Shown here one piece after another: positions 37,911 through 48,099 of a DNA stretch of 54,716 nucleotides (the stretch's first letter is position 1; each line of letters starts with the position of its first letter). Both the position numbers and the translations under genes were made by a program. A model generated the notes under the pieces. It was not told the origin of the DNA, did no database searches, and was given only the letters and a program-made list of their open reading frames with translations. The DNA comes from Candidatus Omnitrophota bacterium (lineage in GTDB: Bacteria > Omnitrophota > Gorgyraeia > Gorgyraeales > Gorgyraeaceae): NCBI GenBank assembly GCA_003485765.1, contig DNHS01000035.1:11560-66275 (forward strand), in the 5' to 3' direction.

Positions 37911-38195
37911 ATGAAAAATACAGTAAAATTCAAAGATTATCTGAAAAAGGAATTGAAGAATAAAGAATTCAAAAAGGCTTTTAACGAAGAAGAAGTGTAT
38001 GCCTCTTTAGCTATACAGACAGCTAAGATCAGGCAGGAGAATGGCATTACCCAGGAAGAGCTTGCCAAAAGGCTTCATACTACTCAGCAGACTGTATCAA
38101 GGCTGGAGAATATCCATAATAAAAGTTATTCTCTTAAGACATTGATAAAGTTGGCGCAAGCGCTGGATAAAGGACTTAAAGTAGAGTTTATTTGA
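37911..38195 (+). CDS. XRE HTH antitoxin (HigA-like)
   Basis: GITQEELAKRLHTTQQTVSRLEN; directly follows toxin. Confidence 0.9.
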   Translation: MKNTVKFKDYLKKELKNKEFKKAFNEEEVYASLAIQTAKIRQENGITQEELAKRLHTTQQTVSRLENIHNKSYSLKTLIKLAQALDKGLKVEFI

Positions 38196-38229
38196 ACTTA
38201 CAAGGATATGGTATTTTTTTTGCAAAAGG

Positions 38230-38258
38230 TTGACAAGAAAACGTTTCCGTGGTATACT
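38230..38258 (+). promoter_or_regulatory. Sigma70 promoter with LacI-type palindrome in the spacer
   Basis: TTGACA-N17-TATACT; spacer contains GAAAACGTTTCC. Confidence 0.65.
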
Positions 38259-38301
38259 TTTGCATAGAAAGATAGTTCTTTGAAACCATGTAGTTTAGCT
38301 G

Positions 38302-38398
38302 ATCAATCGAAAAGGCAAACCATCTGAAAAGATGGGACGCAAAGCTAACAGACCTATGGTTTAATTAACCACAAGGTGGCTGGGCTCCCGAAATTGAT
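38302..38398 (+). ncRNA. c-di-GMP-I (GEMM-I) riboswitch
   Basis: P1 ATCAAT/ATTGAT; GGCAAACC-ATCT-GAAA-AGAT-GG-GACGCAAAGC ... CCGAA consensus. Confidence 0.92.
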
Positions 38399-38429
38399 GT
38401 TATAGTTGCAGGATTTTTAGTAAAGAGAA

Positions 38430-38457
38430 GCCAACCTTGTAGGTTGGCATTTTTTTT
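38430..38457 (+). terminator. Intrinsic terminator (riboswitch expression platform)
   Basis: GCCAACCT-TGT-AGGTTGGC followed by T8, just before ATG 38470. Confidence 0.8.
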
Positions 38458-38469
38458 GCCATATTTTTT

Positions 38470-39540
38470 ATGAAAAAGGCAATCTCATTCTCGATACTAA
38501 CAATCATGGTTTTATCCTGCATAGAAATATTTACCCCTGCATATGCGCAAGAAGAACTATCTTTTCAAAAAGGTATTTGCTACGCAACATGGCAAAAAGA
38601 GCGTTACTTGTCTACGTATTCAGATAAATCCTTAGAGATGTTAGCTCAAACTGGCGCTGAATGGGTGGAGATTGTAACCACATATTACCAGCAGAAATTT
38701 AACTCTCTAAAGATATTTCCTACAGATAATACGCCGAGCGATAAAAGCATAATCCATGTAATTAATAAAGCGCATCAGCTTGGCTTAAAGGTAATGCTTA
38801 AACCGCATGTTGATTTGATTGATAATTCAGATGGCTTATGGAGAGGCGATATTGGTTTTCAGGATGAAGCAGATTGGCAGGCATGGTTTTCTCAATACCG
38901 TAATTTTATCTTACATTATGCTAACTTAGCAGAAAGAACTAATGTAGAATTATTTTGTATTGGCACAGAGCTTTGCTTTGCTTCTATGCAGGCTGAATTT
39001 TGGCAGGAAGACATTATCCCGCGGATAAGAAACGCTTATTCAGGAAAACTGATTTATGCGGCAAACTGGAATGAATATAAAAAGATTAGTTTTTGGGATG
39101 ATATTGATTATATAGGAATAGACGCTTACTTCCCTCTCGCTAACAAGAAAAATCCTGAATATGAAGAGATAAAGGCTGGCTGGAGAAAATGGGCAAGTGA
39201 GATAACTGATTGGCATAGAGGGATAAATAAACCAATCATACTTACTGAGATAGGTTATAGGAGTTCTGAGTTTTCTGCGGCAAAACCATGGGAATATAAT
39301 TCAGATGCTAATATTGACTTAGAGGTTCAGGCTGCTTGTTATATCGCAGCTTTAGATGTATTTTACAATCAATCCTGGTGCGGCGGTATGTATTGGTGGT
39401 ATTGGAAAACTTCTCCTTATTCAGGGGGATTGAATAATAGAGATTTCACTCCTCAGGGTAAACCGGCAGAGATAGTTCTTAATTATTGGTATACAGGAAA
39501 TATTTCTTCGCTTACTCATGCAGAGGCAAAGATAATATAA
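38470..39540 (+). CDS. Secreted GH113 glycoside hydrolase
   Basis: Signal peptide (AYA); VMLKPHVD, IGTEL, YAANW, GIDAYFPL, LTEIGY. Confidence 0.88.
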   Translation: MKKAISFSILTIMVLSCIEIFTPAYAQEELSFQKGICYATWQKERYLSTYSDKSLEMLAQTGAEWVEIVTTYYQQKFNSLKIFPTDNTPSDKSIIHVINKAHQLGLKVMLKPHVDLIDNSDGLWRGDIGFQDEADWQAWFSQYRNFILHYANLAERTNVELFCIGTELCFASMQAEFWQEDIIPRIRNAYSGKLIYAANWNEYKKISFWDDIDYIGIDAYFPLANKKNPEYEEIKAGWRKWASEITDWHRGINKPIILTEIGYRSSEFSAAKPWEYNSDANIDLEVQAACYIAALDVFYNQSWCGGMYWWYWKTSPYSGGLNNRDFTPQGKPAEIVLNYWYTGNISSLTHAEAKII

Positions 39541-39542
39541 GG

Positions 39543-40445
39543 CTAAAACCAGCCATAAATGGCAGAATAGAATTCTTCAGCAGCAGTGGTGTTTTTCCCA
39601 AACAAAGTTATTCCATAGCCGAATTTTAGATTCAGGAGCCCAATCCGGAATACAGGGCCTATAGTAAATTTGGCCCAATCTTCAGCAACTTTTCCAGCCT
39701 CGCCTAAACCTTCTTGCCCGTCAAGGCTTAATTCTAATAGGATATTATCAGAGATGTTATACGCAAATTGCGCAAAATAAGGTATTTCATTAGTTGGCTC
39801 TTCATAGCGTTCGCGGAAGCCAAATTCGAGTTTTGTGTATCCATGCAATTTTGGCCATGACTGCGCAGTCATTAGCTTTATTTCAGCATCGATTTGATGC
39901 GTTCCTATAGAAGGAGTTTCGTGTTCGTCGAAACCAAAGGGGAGTTTTACTTTGAGTTGAAGATATGCCAGGTATGGCTTTTCAAATAAGAGATATTTTA
40001 AACCTGGCCTGGCGTAAACAAATCCGCTCGTAGCGCTTTTTTTATAGTCATCCTCCCAATAAGCGTCTTTAAAATTGAAGCTGACCATAAGGGTGTGTTT
40101 ATCAGTAAGTCCATGCTCTAACTTAAGTTCTGTTTCTTTTTCATGGCCCTTTCCACCGTAACCCCATCTATGCTTGTTGCCATTACTGTCAAACTGTCTG
40201 TTATGCCAGTAATATTTTGAGTAAATCTCAGCATAGGACTCGCCTTTTTTTAGGAACCAAACGCCTTGCCTTAATCCCCATGCGCCTCTTTCCGAGAGTT
40301 CATTTTTCAGTACATTTTTTATAGCGCTTTTCTGTAAAAATTCTGAATCTTCATCAATTTCAGCAAATAGCCTAGGGATGAAAGTAAAACTTAATAGTGT
40401 GATTAATAAAAGAATTTTAAATTTTCTCATAATTGTTATAATCAT
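39543..40445 (-). CDS. Putative outer-membrane beta-barrel protein
   Basis: Signal peptide; alternating aromatic strands; ends YSAIYGWF. Confidence 0.6.
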   Translation of the reverse strand: MIITIMRKFKILLLITLLSFTFIPRLFAEIDEDSEFLQKSAIKNVLKNELSERGAWGLRQGVWFLKKGESYAEIYSKYYWHNRQFDSNGNKHRWGYGGKGHEKETELKLEHGLTDKHTLMVSFNFKDAYWEDDYKKSATSGFVYARPGLKYLLFEKPYLAYLQLKVKLPFGFDEHETPSIGTHQIDAEIKLMTAQSWPKLHGYTKLEFGFRERYEEPTNEIPYFAQFAYNISDNILLELSLDGQEGLGEAGKVAEDWAKFTIGPVFRIGLLNLKFGYGITLFGKNTTAAEEFYSAIYGWF

Positions 40446-40606
40446 AATAATAGCATAATTTTTTTAAAAGTCAAATTTATTAAACTTTTTAATTACATAT
40501 TAAGCGATTTTTGCATTAAAATAAATAAATACTTAAAAAAACCCTTGCAAAATACAATATGTTGTGGTATATTTAATTCCAATAGCTAATGAAGGAGGGG
40601 GTAAAG

Positions 40607-40942
40607 ATGAGAGCGAGTGATTTTATAGAGAAGAGAAAGTTTGAAAGATTAAACATGTCTCTCCCTATAACGCTAAAACATGTTTCAGACGATGGAAAAG
40701 AAAAGCTTATGGACGGCGTTACCAGCGATGTAAGTTATAACGGGGCGTTTGTAACAGACGCGGCTTCTAAGAATCTAAAGCCCAATGATAACTTACACGT
40801 ATCTCTTGTTATTCCCAGAGATAATACAAGAGATTTTCCGTTCTCCCGCCTTACAGGAAAGGCAAGGATAGCAAGAATCGAAGAAGCTGGGATTGCGCTT
40901 GAATTTGGCGAGCGTATGTCGCGGCTTTTTGTTGCTAATTAA
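40607..40942 (+). CDS. PilZ domain protein
   Basis: RxxxR (RKFER) and DxSxxG (DVSYNG); ATG after AAGGAGG. Confidence 0.88.
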   Translation: MRASDFIEKRKFERLNMSLPITLKHVSDDGKEKLMDGVTSDVSYNGAFVTDAASKNLKPNDNLHVSLVIPRDNTRDFPFSRLTGKARIARIEEAGIALEFGERMSRLFVAN

Positions 40943-41058
40943 GGTTTTCTCCTATCAGTACATAAGCCTAAAACCACAAGGTATTCATTTTCTTCTTATT
41001 CCCGAGCTTGCCCAAAAATTCCATTGTATTTTCCTGTTCTGTACGCTAAAATAACATT

Positions 41059-41319
41059 ATGAAAAGCTGTGCTTTACCAAAAGAATTTAAAGGATATTTC
41101 TGGGATTGTGATTTTAAAGCGCTGAGATCTGATGAATACCGCGAATTTATCCTTGGCCGCCTGCTGAAACTTGGCGGGATAAAAGCTATTATCTGGGTAT
41201 ACAGGCATTTTTCCAGGAAAGACATATATGGTTATTTAAAGGAAAGAGGCCGAAAGGATCTTGATGCCAGAAGCTATTTGTTCTGGTCTAAAGTATTAAA
41301 CTACAGAGAGTTATGGTAA
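41059..41319 (+). CDS. Small putative antitoxin (DUF6922-like)
   Basis: YFWD...FILGRLLKLG...FW pattern; overlaps downstream nucleotidyltransferase. Confidence 0.7.
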   Translation: MKSCALPKEFKGYFWDCDFKALRSDEYREFILGRLLKLGGIKAIIWVYRHFSRKDIYGYLKERGRKDLDARSYLFWSKVLNYRELW

Positions 41320-41957
41320 AAACCCTTCATTATGAAATATTAGATCGGAAAATAAAAAAAATACTCCCGAAACTTATTTTTCTAAGAGGCAGATTTTATC
41401 TGGCAGGAGGCACGGCATTGGCTTTACAGATAGGCCATCGCAGTTCTATAGACTTTGATTATTTTACAAATAAGCCATTTGATAACGCTCGCGTATTTCA
41501 GGAATTTGAATCAATTTTTTCTGACAGCCGCATAGAAAAAACCCAGGACATGAAGGATACATTGAGTTTTATTCTGGAGCCGGGCATTAAATTTTCTTTG
41601 TTCAATATTAAAGAGAAGCCTGTATGTCCTATAATCAGCGCTGAGTATTTTAATTTGCTTGGTGAATTAGACATAGCGGCAATGAAAATTATCGCTTTGA
41701 CACGCGCGGCATACCGCGATTATGTGGATCTGTATTTTATCTTAAAAAACCATGATCTAAATGATATAATCTCTCTGGCAAAGAAGAAATACAAAAACTT
41801 TGACGAAGGCATATACCTTAAATGTCTGCTGTCATATACTGATGTGGAAATAGCCCCTATAAAATTTATGCAGGGCTTTAAAAAGGATAAAAAAGAAATA
41901 TTCTCCTATATTGAGAGTCAAACCAGGCTCTACTTGAAAAATCAGCTAAACGCCTGA
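41313..41957 (+). CDS. AbiEii/AbiGii-family nucleotidyltransferase toxin
   Basis: FYLAGGTALALQIGHRSSIDFD, DIAAMK, RDYVDLY. Confidence 0.9.
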   Translation: MVKTLHYEILDRKIKKILPKLIFLRGRFYLAGGTALALQIGHRSSIDFDYFTNKPFDNARVFQEFESIFSDSRIEKTQDMKDTLSFILEPGIKFSLFNIKEKPVCPIISAEYFNLLGELDIAAMKIIALTRAAYRDYVDLYFILKNHDLNDIISLAKKKYKNFDEGIYLKCLLSYTDVEIAPIKFMQGFKKDKKEIFSYIESQTRLYLKNQLNA

Positions 41958-42063
41958 TTTTTTCACATCATTTTTATACACTCTTTGCCCTCTGCCCTCT
42001 AGTTATTAGAAAGTTCAAAATTTCTTTGACTACCATTATCCTGCTATTATATACTATTGTTCA

Positions 42064-42486
42064 ATGATTGAACATACCCCAAGAGAAGAAGTTCTCAGTA
42101 TAATAAGGCATTTAGAGGATGACCCATCTACTACACAGCGGGCTCTATCCAATAGGCTTAATATTTCTTTAGGAAAGACCAATTATCTCCTCAAAGAACT
42201 CGTTAAGAAGGGTTTTGTCAAGGCCCAGAGTTTTTCACATAATTCAGGCAAGCTTCAGAAGGTAAATTATCTTCTTACCAAGGAAGGGTTTGAAGAGAGG
42301 CTGCGTTTAACCGGTTATTTTTTAAAGACAAAAGAAGAAGAATACAATAGAATGAAGAAAGAGTGGGAGCAGTTAACCAATCGCCCAACACAATATTCTT
42401 CGAGCGAAGCCCCGCCCTTTGTAAACAAAGAGCGGGACTCGGAGGAGATGTTTCTCAGGAAAATGCTTGACAAAAGGAGTTTATAG
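42064..42486 (+). CDS. EPS-associated MarR-family regulator, copy 1
   Basis: TQRALSNRLNISLGKTNYLLKELVKKG, YLLTKEG; start codon inside palindrome TGTTCAATGATTGAACA. Confidence 0.87.
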   Translation: MIEHTPREEVLSIIRHLEDDPSTTQRALSNRLNISLGKTNYLLKELVKKGFVKAQSFSHNSGKLQKVNYLLTKEGFEERLRLTGYFLKTKEEEYNRMKKEWEQLTNRPTQYSSSEAPPFVNKERDSEEMFLRKMLDKRSL

Positions 42487-42537
42487 GGTAAAATTATTGC
42501 TGTAATAGTCAATAATTGTAAATCCTGACTAATAGAG

Positions 42538-43866
42538 GTGAGTATAGTGGATAAGAATGAAGTTTTGGCAGTCTTAAATGATTGGAACATTTGGCGCGGT
42601 GAGCAAGATACTGGCATTGGCAGGAGTGTTTATCTTGACAGGCTGGAAGCTCTTATGGGGTCTAACCAGGTAATAACTATAACAGGGCCAAGGCGCGCGG
42701 GTAAGTCATACCTTATGCGTCAGATGGTAAGAAAACTTTCCGAACACGGCGTAAAAAAAGAAAATCTTCTTTTCGTGAATTTTGAGGATCCGCGCTTTAC
42801 TTCCCTTGATACAAAGCTGATGATGCAGATATTTGACGTCTATAAGGAATTTTTATCTCCAATAGGTATACCTTATATTTTTCTCGATGAGGTGCAGGAA
42901 GTGGAGGGCTGGGAAAAGTGGGTGCGCATGATGCACGAGCTAAAAAAGGCAAAAATCGTTGTTTCCGGATCAAACGCGCATCTGCTTAGCATGGAACTTG
43001 GGACTCTTCTTACAGGAAGGCATCTCGATCTCACAGTTTTTCCGCTTTCTTTCCAAGAGTTCCTCGCGTTTAACAAAATGGAAGTGAGCGCTCCTTTAGA
43101 TGTTGCAGGCAGGGAGGCAGAGATAAACAGGCTCATGCGCAAATACATAGAGTCAGGCTCTTTTCCTGAGGTTGCGCTTTCAGATAAAAAAAGAGAAATT
43201 CTTCTTAATTACTTTGAGGATATTCTTGCCAAGGATCTACTGAAAAGATTTCGTGTAAGAAAGCCGCACGTCATGAAGTCGCTTATAAAGTATTATCTAA
43301 GCAACGTCAGTAATCTCACGACTTTTATGTCAGTGGAAAGGTTCCTTCATGCTTCTTCTGATACGATTGAAAAATTTGCCGGGTACTTCGAGGATGCGTA
43401 TCTCATATTTTTCTTAAAAAGATTTTCATTTAAAATAAAAGAGCAGGAAAAAAGCCCCCAAAAGGTATACGCGATTGATACCGGGCTATGCAACGCGGTG
43501 GGTTTTAGATTTTCCGAGAATATTGGAAGGCTTGCTGAAAATATTGTTTTTATTACGTTAAAAAGGAAACAGGCCCTGAATCCCCAAGTCGAATTGTTTT
43601 ACTGGAAAGATGTCCATCATCGCGAAGTCGATTTTGTCGTTAAAGATGGCTTGAAAGTAACCCGTCTTATACAGGTCTGTTGGAATATGCGGGAGGAGAA
43701 GACAAAAAACAGAGAATTTAGAAGCCTTGCCAAGGCGATGAAAGAATTAAATATTTTTACCGCGGCAATAATTACAGAAGAAACAGAGGGTGAAGAAAAT
43801 CTTAACGGCAATACGGTGAGGTTGATCCCTCTTTGGAAGTGGCTTCTGGCTGAGGAAAACCTGTGA
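42538..43866 (+). CDS. AAA_14/DUF4143 ATP-binding protein
   Basis: GPRRAGKS, FLDEVQ, SGSNA, KVYAIDTG, EVDF. Confidence 0.9.
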   Translation: MSIVDKNEVLAVLNDWNIWRGEQDTGIGRSVYLDRLEALMGSNQVITITGPRRAGKSYLMRQMVRKLSEHGVKKENLLFVNFEDPRFTSLDTKLMMQIFDVYKEFLSPIGIPYIFLDEVQEVEGWEKWVRMMHELKKAKIVVSGSNAHLLSMELGTLLTGRHLDLTVFPLSFQEFLAFNKMEVSAPLDVAGREAEINRLMRKYIESGSFPEVALSDKKREILLNYFEDILAKDLLKRFRVRKPHVMKSLIKYYLSNVSNLTTFMSVERFLHASSDTIEKFAGYFEDAYLIFFLKRFSFKIKEQEKSPQKVYAIDTGLCNAVGFRFSENIGRLAENIVFITLKRKQALNPQVELFYWKDVHHREVDFVVKDGLKVTRLIQVCWNMREEKTKNREFRSLAKAMKELNIFTAAIITEETEGEENLNGNTVRLIPLWKWLLAEENL

Positions 43867-43981
43867 AATAGGGGACGTTTGTATTTTTTTGAGTATAGCG
43901 AAGACTCCTGCGAGGTGGCCCTTCGGGCCTCCTCGCAGGTGGCGTAGCAAGGCGAAGCTCCGCGCCTATGATGCCTTCTCC

Positions 43982-44023
43982 CGCATAGCAGTCGGCGTAG
44001 GCATCATTGCCGTCCTGAATTAA
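43982..44023 (+). pseudogene. Orphan 3' end of the SLBB export gene (RIAVGVGIIAVLN*)
   Basis: Matches 48058-48099 (RIAVGVGIIAALQ*). Confidence 0.8.
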
Positions 44024-44151
44024 TCTATTCACAACCCTCTCCCTTTTTAAGGGAGAGGGTAAGGTGAGGGTTTTATTTTAGGGACACCTACACTTTTTCC
44101 CCTTGCAATTTCTCTTCTATCACACTACAATATTCTTCAGAGGCATAAATA

Positions 44152-45138
44152 ATGAACCCCAAAGGCGAAATAATTCTTTATACAGCTAAAGACGGCAAAA
44201 TTACTGTTGAAGTCAACCTTCAGCGAGAAACGGTATGGCTTACTCAGAAACAGATTGCGCAGTTATTTGGTACTCAGAGGCCAGCCATAACAAAACATTT
44301 ACATAACATATTTAAAAGTAAAGAGTTGCAGGAGAGTTCAGTATGTTCCATTTTGGAACATACTGCTAAAGATGGAAAGGTTTATGCAACTAAGTTTTAC
44401 AATCTTGATGCCATTGTTTCTATAGGATATAGGGTTAATTCTAATCGCGCTACCCAATTTCGTATCTGGGCAACTAATATTCTAAAGCAATATTTAATAG
44501 ACGGCTATGCTCTTAACGAACGCCGTTTACAGGATCAAAAACGCAAGCTAGAAACCCTCCAAAAAGCTATCAAACTTATCCGAAATGTTAAAGGCAGAAA
44601 AGAGCTTGATTATAAGGAAGCAATGGGTTTATTGGAAGTTATTGCTGATTATAATTACGCATTAGAGCTATTAGATGACTATGACAATAGAAACCTTAAG
44701 ATATCTCAAACTTCAAGAGAAGAGAAGTTTAAGCTTACCTATGAAGAAGCTGTAAAAGCTGTTCGCGAGTTAAAGAAAAAATTCAACGGCTCTGATATTT
44801 TTGGCCAGGAAAAAGATAAGTCTTTTAAAAGTTCAATAGCATCTATTTACCAGACTTTTGACCGGAAAGAATTATACCCAAGCATTGAAGAAAAAGCGGC
44901 AAATCTATTATATTTTATCGTTAAGAATCATTCTTTTATTGATGGTAACAAGCGAATCGCAGCATCTATTTTCCTATGGTTCTTAGAGAAAAATAAGCTT
45001 CTTTACAATAGAGACAGATCTAAGCGTATAGCAGATAACGCCTTGGTTGCGCTTACTCTTATGATTGCTGAAAGCAACTCCAACGAACGCGATATAATCG
45101 TTACTCTGGTAGTGAACCTAATCAATAAGAATAATTAA
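44152..45138 (+). CDS. RhuM/Fic/DOC family protein
   Basis: ETVWLTQKQIAQLF, YNLDAIVSIGYRVNS...FRIWA; Fic motif HSFIDGNKR. Confidence 0.92.
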   Translation: MNPKGEIILYTAKDGKITVEVNLQRETVWLTQKQIAQLFGTQRPAITKHLHNIFKSKELQESSVCSILEHTAKDGKVYATKFYNLDAIVSIGYRVNSNRATQFRIWATNILKQYLIDGYALNERRLQDQKRKLETLQKAIKLIRNVKGRKELDYKEAMGLLEVIADYNYALELLDDYDNRNLKISQTSREEKFKLTYEEAVKAVRELKKKFNGSDIFGQEKDKSFKSSIASIYQTFDRKELYPSIEEKAANLLYFIVKNHSFIDGNKRIAASIFLWFLEKNKLLYNRDRSKRIADNALVALTLMIAESNSNERDIIVTLVVNLINKNN

Positions 45139-45231
45139 TCGCTATACCAGGCAGCTTAAATTCCTATTGCATTTATTTTTCCCGTAAGCTATAATTATTC
45201 CAATCATATTTAAAATATCTAGGAGGCTTAA

Positions 45232-48099
45232 ATGTCCAAGAGATTTTCTTTTATCAATTTTTCTATCGTCATTATATTTTTACTAACTACTGTCTTTCCA
45301 TCTGACGCATTTTCTTACCAGAACGCCAAAGATTCTGAAGAGCGCAGTTTCGTGGACGAATCTAAAGGCATGGATATAGTTTCCTTCAAAAAGATCCGCT
45401 GTCCAAACTGTCTTATGGAATTTTTTTATATACCCGGTAAGGATAGCCCGCATTCTCATTGGGTTCAATACGAGATCAAGGAAGAATTAAATGTCAATAA
45501 AGAAGACAGCCTGAATATCGAAGACAGTTTAAAAGATACCCAGGATAAGATAAAAGAATTAAAGAAAAAAGATTCACTTTTGAGTCTTTTTAAGCTCAAA
45601 GATACTGCCAAAGACAAAACCTCCTCAAAAGAAACAGCAGTTCAAAATGCGTTAACTGCCCAGGCTTCAAAGGGCCAGGTTGGATATAAGCTCAGACAGC
45701 AGTTAACCTGCCCTTACGACGGCTATGTATTTTTTCCTGAAGGCGACCTCCTGGACCAGGCTAAGTTTAAGCTCAGCCCGGCTTTATTTCAAGAACCTTC
45801 AAATATAGAATCCAGTTTTTCTAAGGCTATTTCATTTGGCGCGCCAAAAGACCTTAAGCAGTTCGGCTATGAGCTCTTTTTTGTACCTGAAAAATCCGGG
45901 AAAGAAGAAGAAAATAAAGACGGATCTCTTTTAGGTTCCGCTAAATCTATGGAATCTCTTGCAGCTCTCGGTATGCTAAAAACAGCCCTTGGGGGCCAGG
46001 GGGCTCAAGGCGCAGGACTTTCCGGCCAAATCACAGGCGCGGAAGATACAGCAGTTATACCTGTGAGCCCTGACTATATTGTTGGGCCTGGCGATACGCT
46101 TCTTATTAATATCTGGGGCAGTGTCCAGGAAAGTTTCCCTGTAGAAGTTGACAGAGAAGGTAAGATCATGCTTCCTAAATCAGGGCCGCTTTACATCTGG
46201 GGCATGAAACTAAAAGAAGCCGAGGTTCGCATTACCCAGCGTTTAAACGAATTCTATACAAATTTCAATGTAAGCGTTTCCATGGGTAAACTCAGGAGTA
46301 TTCGTGTCTTCATGATGGGCGAGGTCAAAAAACCTGGCGCATATTCTATAAGTTCTCAATCCAATATTTTCCAGGCGCTTTATCAGGCAGGCGGGCCTAC
46401 TAAAATGGGCTCCATGCGTAAGATAAAAATTGTTTCTTCAGACAGTAAATCAAGAGAAATAGACCTCTATCAGTTTTTATTAAAAGGCGAGCAGGCTGAT
46501 AGTTCTATAATACAGTCCGGAGACACAATATTTGTCTCTCCCATAGGAGATGTAGTCGCTATTACAGGCAATGTCAAACGCCCCGCTATATATGAGACTA
46601 AAGGCGATATTTCTTTAAGCGATCTTATGGATTTTAGCGGCGGCATTACTCCTACGGGAAATCTCCAGCATCTTCAGGTAGAGCGCATCAAAGACAATGA
46701 ACGCCGCATCGTAGTAGATATGGAATTAAAAAATAATAATTTTAAAGATATAAATCTTCGTAATGGAGACATGATTATAGTGTCTCCTATTGTGAGGCTT
46801 AAGCATAATTTTGTTACCATACTCGGTAATGTAGAAAATCCTGGCGATTACGGCCTTAAAGAAGATATGTCAGTAAAAGATCTGATGCAGACTGCTAAAG
46901 GCATGATGCCGGGGACTTATTTATCCAGGGCTGAAATCGCCCGCGTATCTAAAGACCGCTCCCGCGAAATAATTCCCATTAATCTGGATAAGATGATGAT
47001 GGGCGGTAAAGATGAAGACATCTCCTTAAAAGAATGGGATATACTTCTAGTCTATTCTGAGGCTGAAGTCTCCAGCCCGTCTTATGTAGAAATAGATGGC
47101 GCTATCAATAAGCCTGGGAAATATGAACTTACCCCGAATATGAAAATCTCCGACCTTATTTTTAGAGCCGGCGGCGTTACTTCCAGTGATTTTATAAGAG
47201 GCGCGGAACTATTTCATATTGTGCCGGGTGAACAGCCTGTTGTAAGAGAGATTGGTGTCAAAAGGATTTTCGGCGCAAATATTCTCATAGATAAAGATAT
47301 TATATTACAGTCCGGCGACACGCTTTTTGTGAAACGCGAGCCTAAACTCACTGAGAGAAAGATGATTATTATAAAAGGCGAGGTTAGATTTCCAGGCACT
47401 TACCCCATTATACAGGGAGAGCGGCTCAGCGACCTTATATCGAGAGCCGGCGGATATACTAATGACGCATTTTTACCTGGAGCTCTATTTACCCGTAAAT
47501 CCATCAAAGAAGTCCAGGAAAAGATGCGCCAGAAGTTTCTTGAGAAAGAACAGCGTACTCTTATGGAAGAACAGCAGGCTCTTTTACTCAGGGCAGGCAG
47601 TTCTGCCAATGCAGATGCTATAACGAGTTCTGTAAGAGCCAGGATGGATATGATGGAAATGATATCTGGCGCTGATATAGAAGGCCGTATGGTCATAGCG
47701 CTTTTACCTCTTGACCAGTTAAAGCATACTAAATATGATATTCCCCTGGAAGATGGCGATACTCTTACTGTGCCTCAGTCTCCTTCAGCAGTTACAGTGA
47801 TAGGGAGCGTTAATAACCCTACTTCAGTGCCTTTCGAAGTGAGTAAGGGCGTAGACTACTATATCCAGAGAACAGGCGGGCTTACCAAGCACGCGGATAA
47901 AAGCGGCATCTACGTTGTCCGCGCCAATGGCGAGGCTATTAATAAGTTTATGATGACCAAGTTTGTAGAACGCGGCGACACCATAGTCATCCCCCAGGAA
48001 TTCAAGTACTGGACTCCTCCCGGACAACTTCTTAAAGATACAGTCGAAGTCCTATCTCGCATAGCAGTCGGCGTCGGCATCATCGCGGCCCTGCAGTAA
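45232..48099 (+). CDS. Polysaccharide export protein with multiple SLBB repeats (Wza/KpsD-like)
   Basis: Signal peptide; PDYIVGPGD, VDREGKI; repeated GEVKKPG.Y / GNVKRPA.Y units. Confidence 0.9.
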   Translation: MSKRFSFINFSIVIIFLLTTVFPSDAFSYQNAKDSEERSFVDESKGMDIVSFKKIRCPNCLMEFFYIPGKDSPHSHWVQYEIKEELNVNKEDSLNIEDSLKDTQDKIKELKKKDSLLSLFKLKDTAKDKTSSKETAVQNALTAQASKGQVGYKLRQQLTCPYDGYVFFPEGDLLDQAKFKLSPALFQEPSNIESSFSKAISFGAPKDLKQFGYELFFVPEKSGKEEENKDGSLLGSAKSMESLAALGMLKTALGGQGAQGAGLSGQITGAEDTAVIPVSPDYIVGPGDTLLINIWGSVQESFPVEVDREGKIMLPKSGPLYIWGMKLKEAEVRITQRLNEFYTNFNVSVSMGKLRSIRVFMMGEVKKPGAYSISSQSNIFQALYQAGGPTKMGSMRKIKIVSSDSKSREIDLYQFLLKGEQADSSIIQSGDTIFVSPIGDVVAITGNVKRPAIYETKGDISLSDLMDFSGGITPTGNLQHLQVERIKDNERRIVVDMELKNNNFKDINLRNGDMIIVSPIVRLKHNFVTILGNVENPGDYGLKEDMSVKDLMQTAKGMMPGTYLSRAEIARVSKDRSREIIPINLDKMMMGGKDEDISLKEWDILLVYSEAEVSSPSYVEIDGAINKPGKYELTPNMKISDLIFRAGGVTSSDFIRGAELFHIVPGEQPVVREIGVKRIFGANILIDKDIILQSGDTLFVKREPKLTERKMIIIKGEVRFPGTYPIIQGERLSDLISRAGGYTNDAFLPGALFTRKSIKEVQEKMRQKFLEKEQRTLMEEQQALLLRAGSSANADAITSSVRARMDMMEMISGADIEGRMVIALLPLDQLKHTKYDIPLEDGDTLTVPQSPSAVTVIGSVNNPTSVPFEVSKGVDYYIQRTGGLTKHADKSGIYVVRANGEAINKFMMTKFVERGDTIVIPQEFKYWTPPGQLLKDTVEVLSRIAVGVGIIAALQ

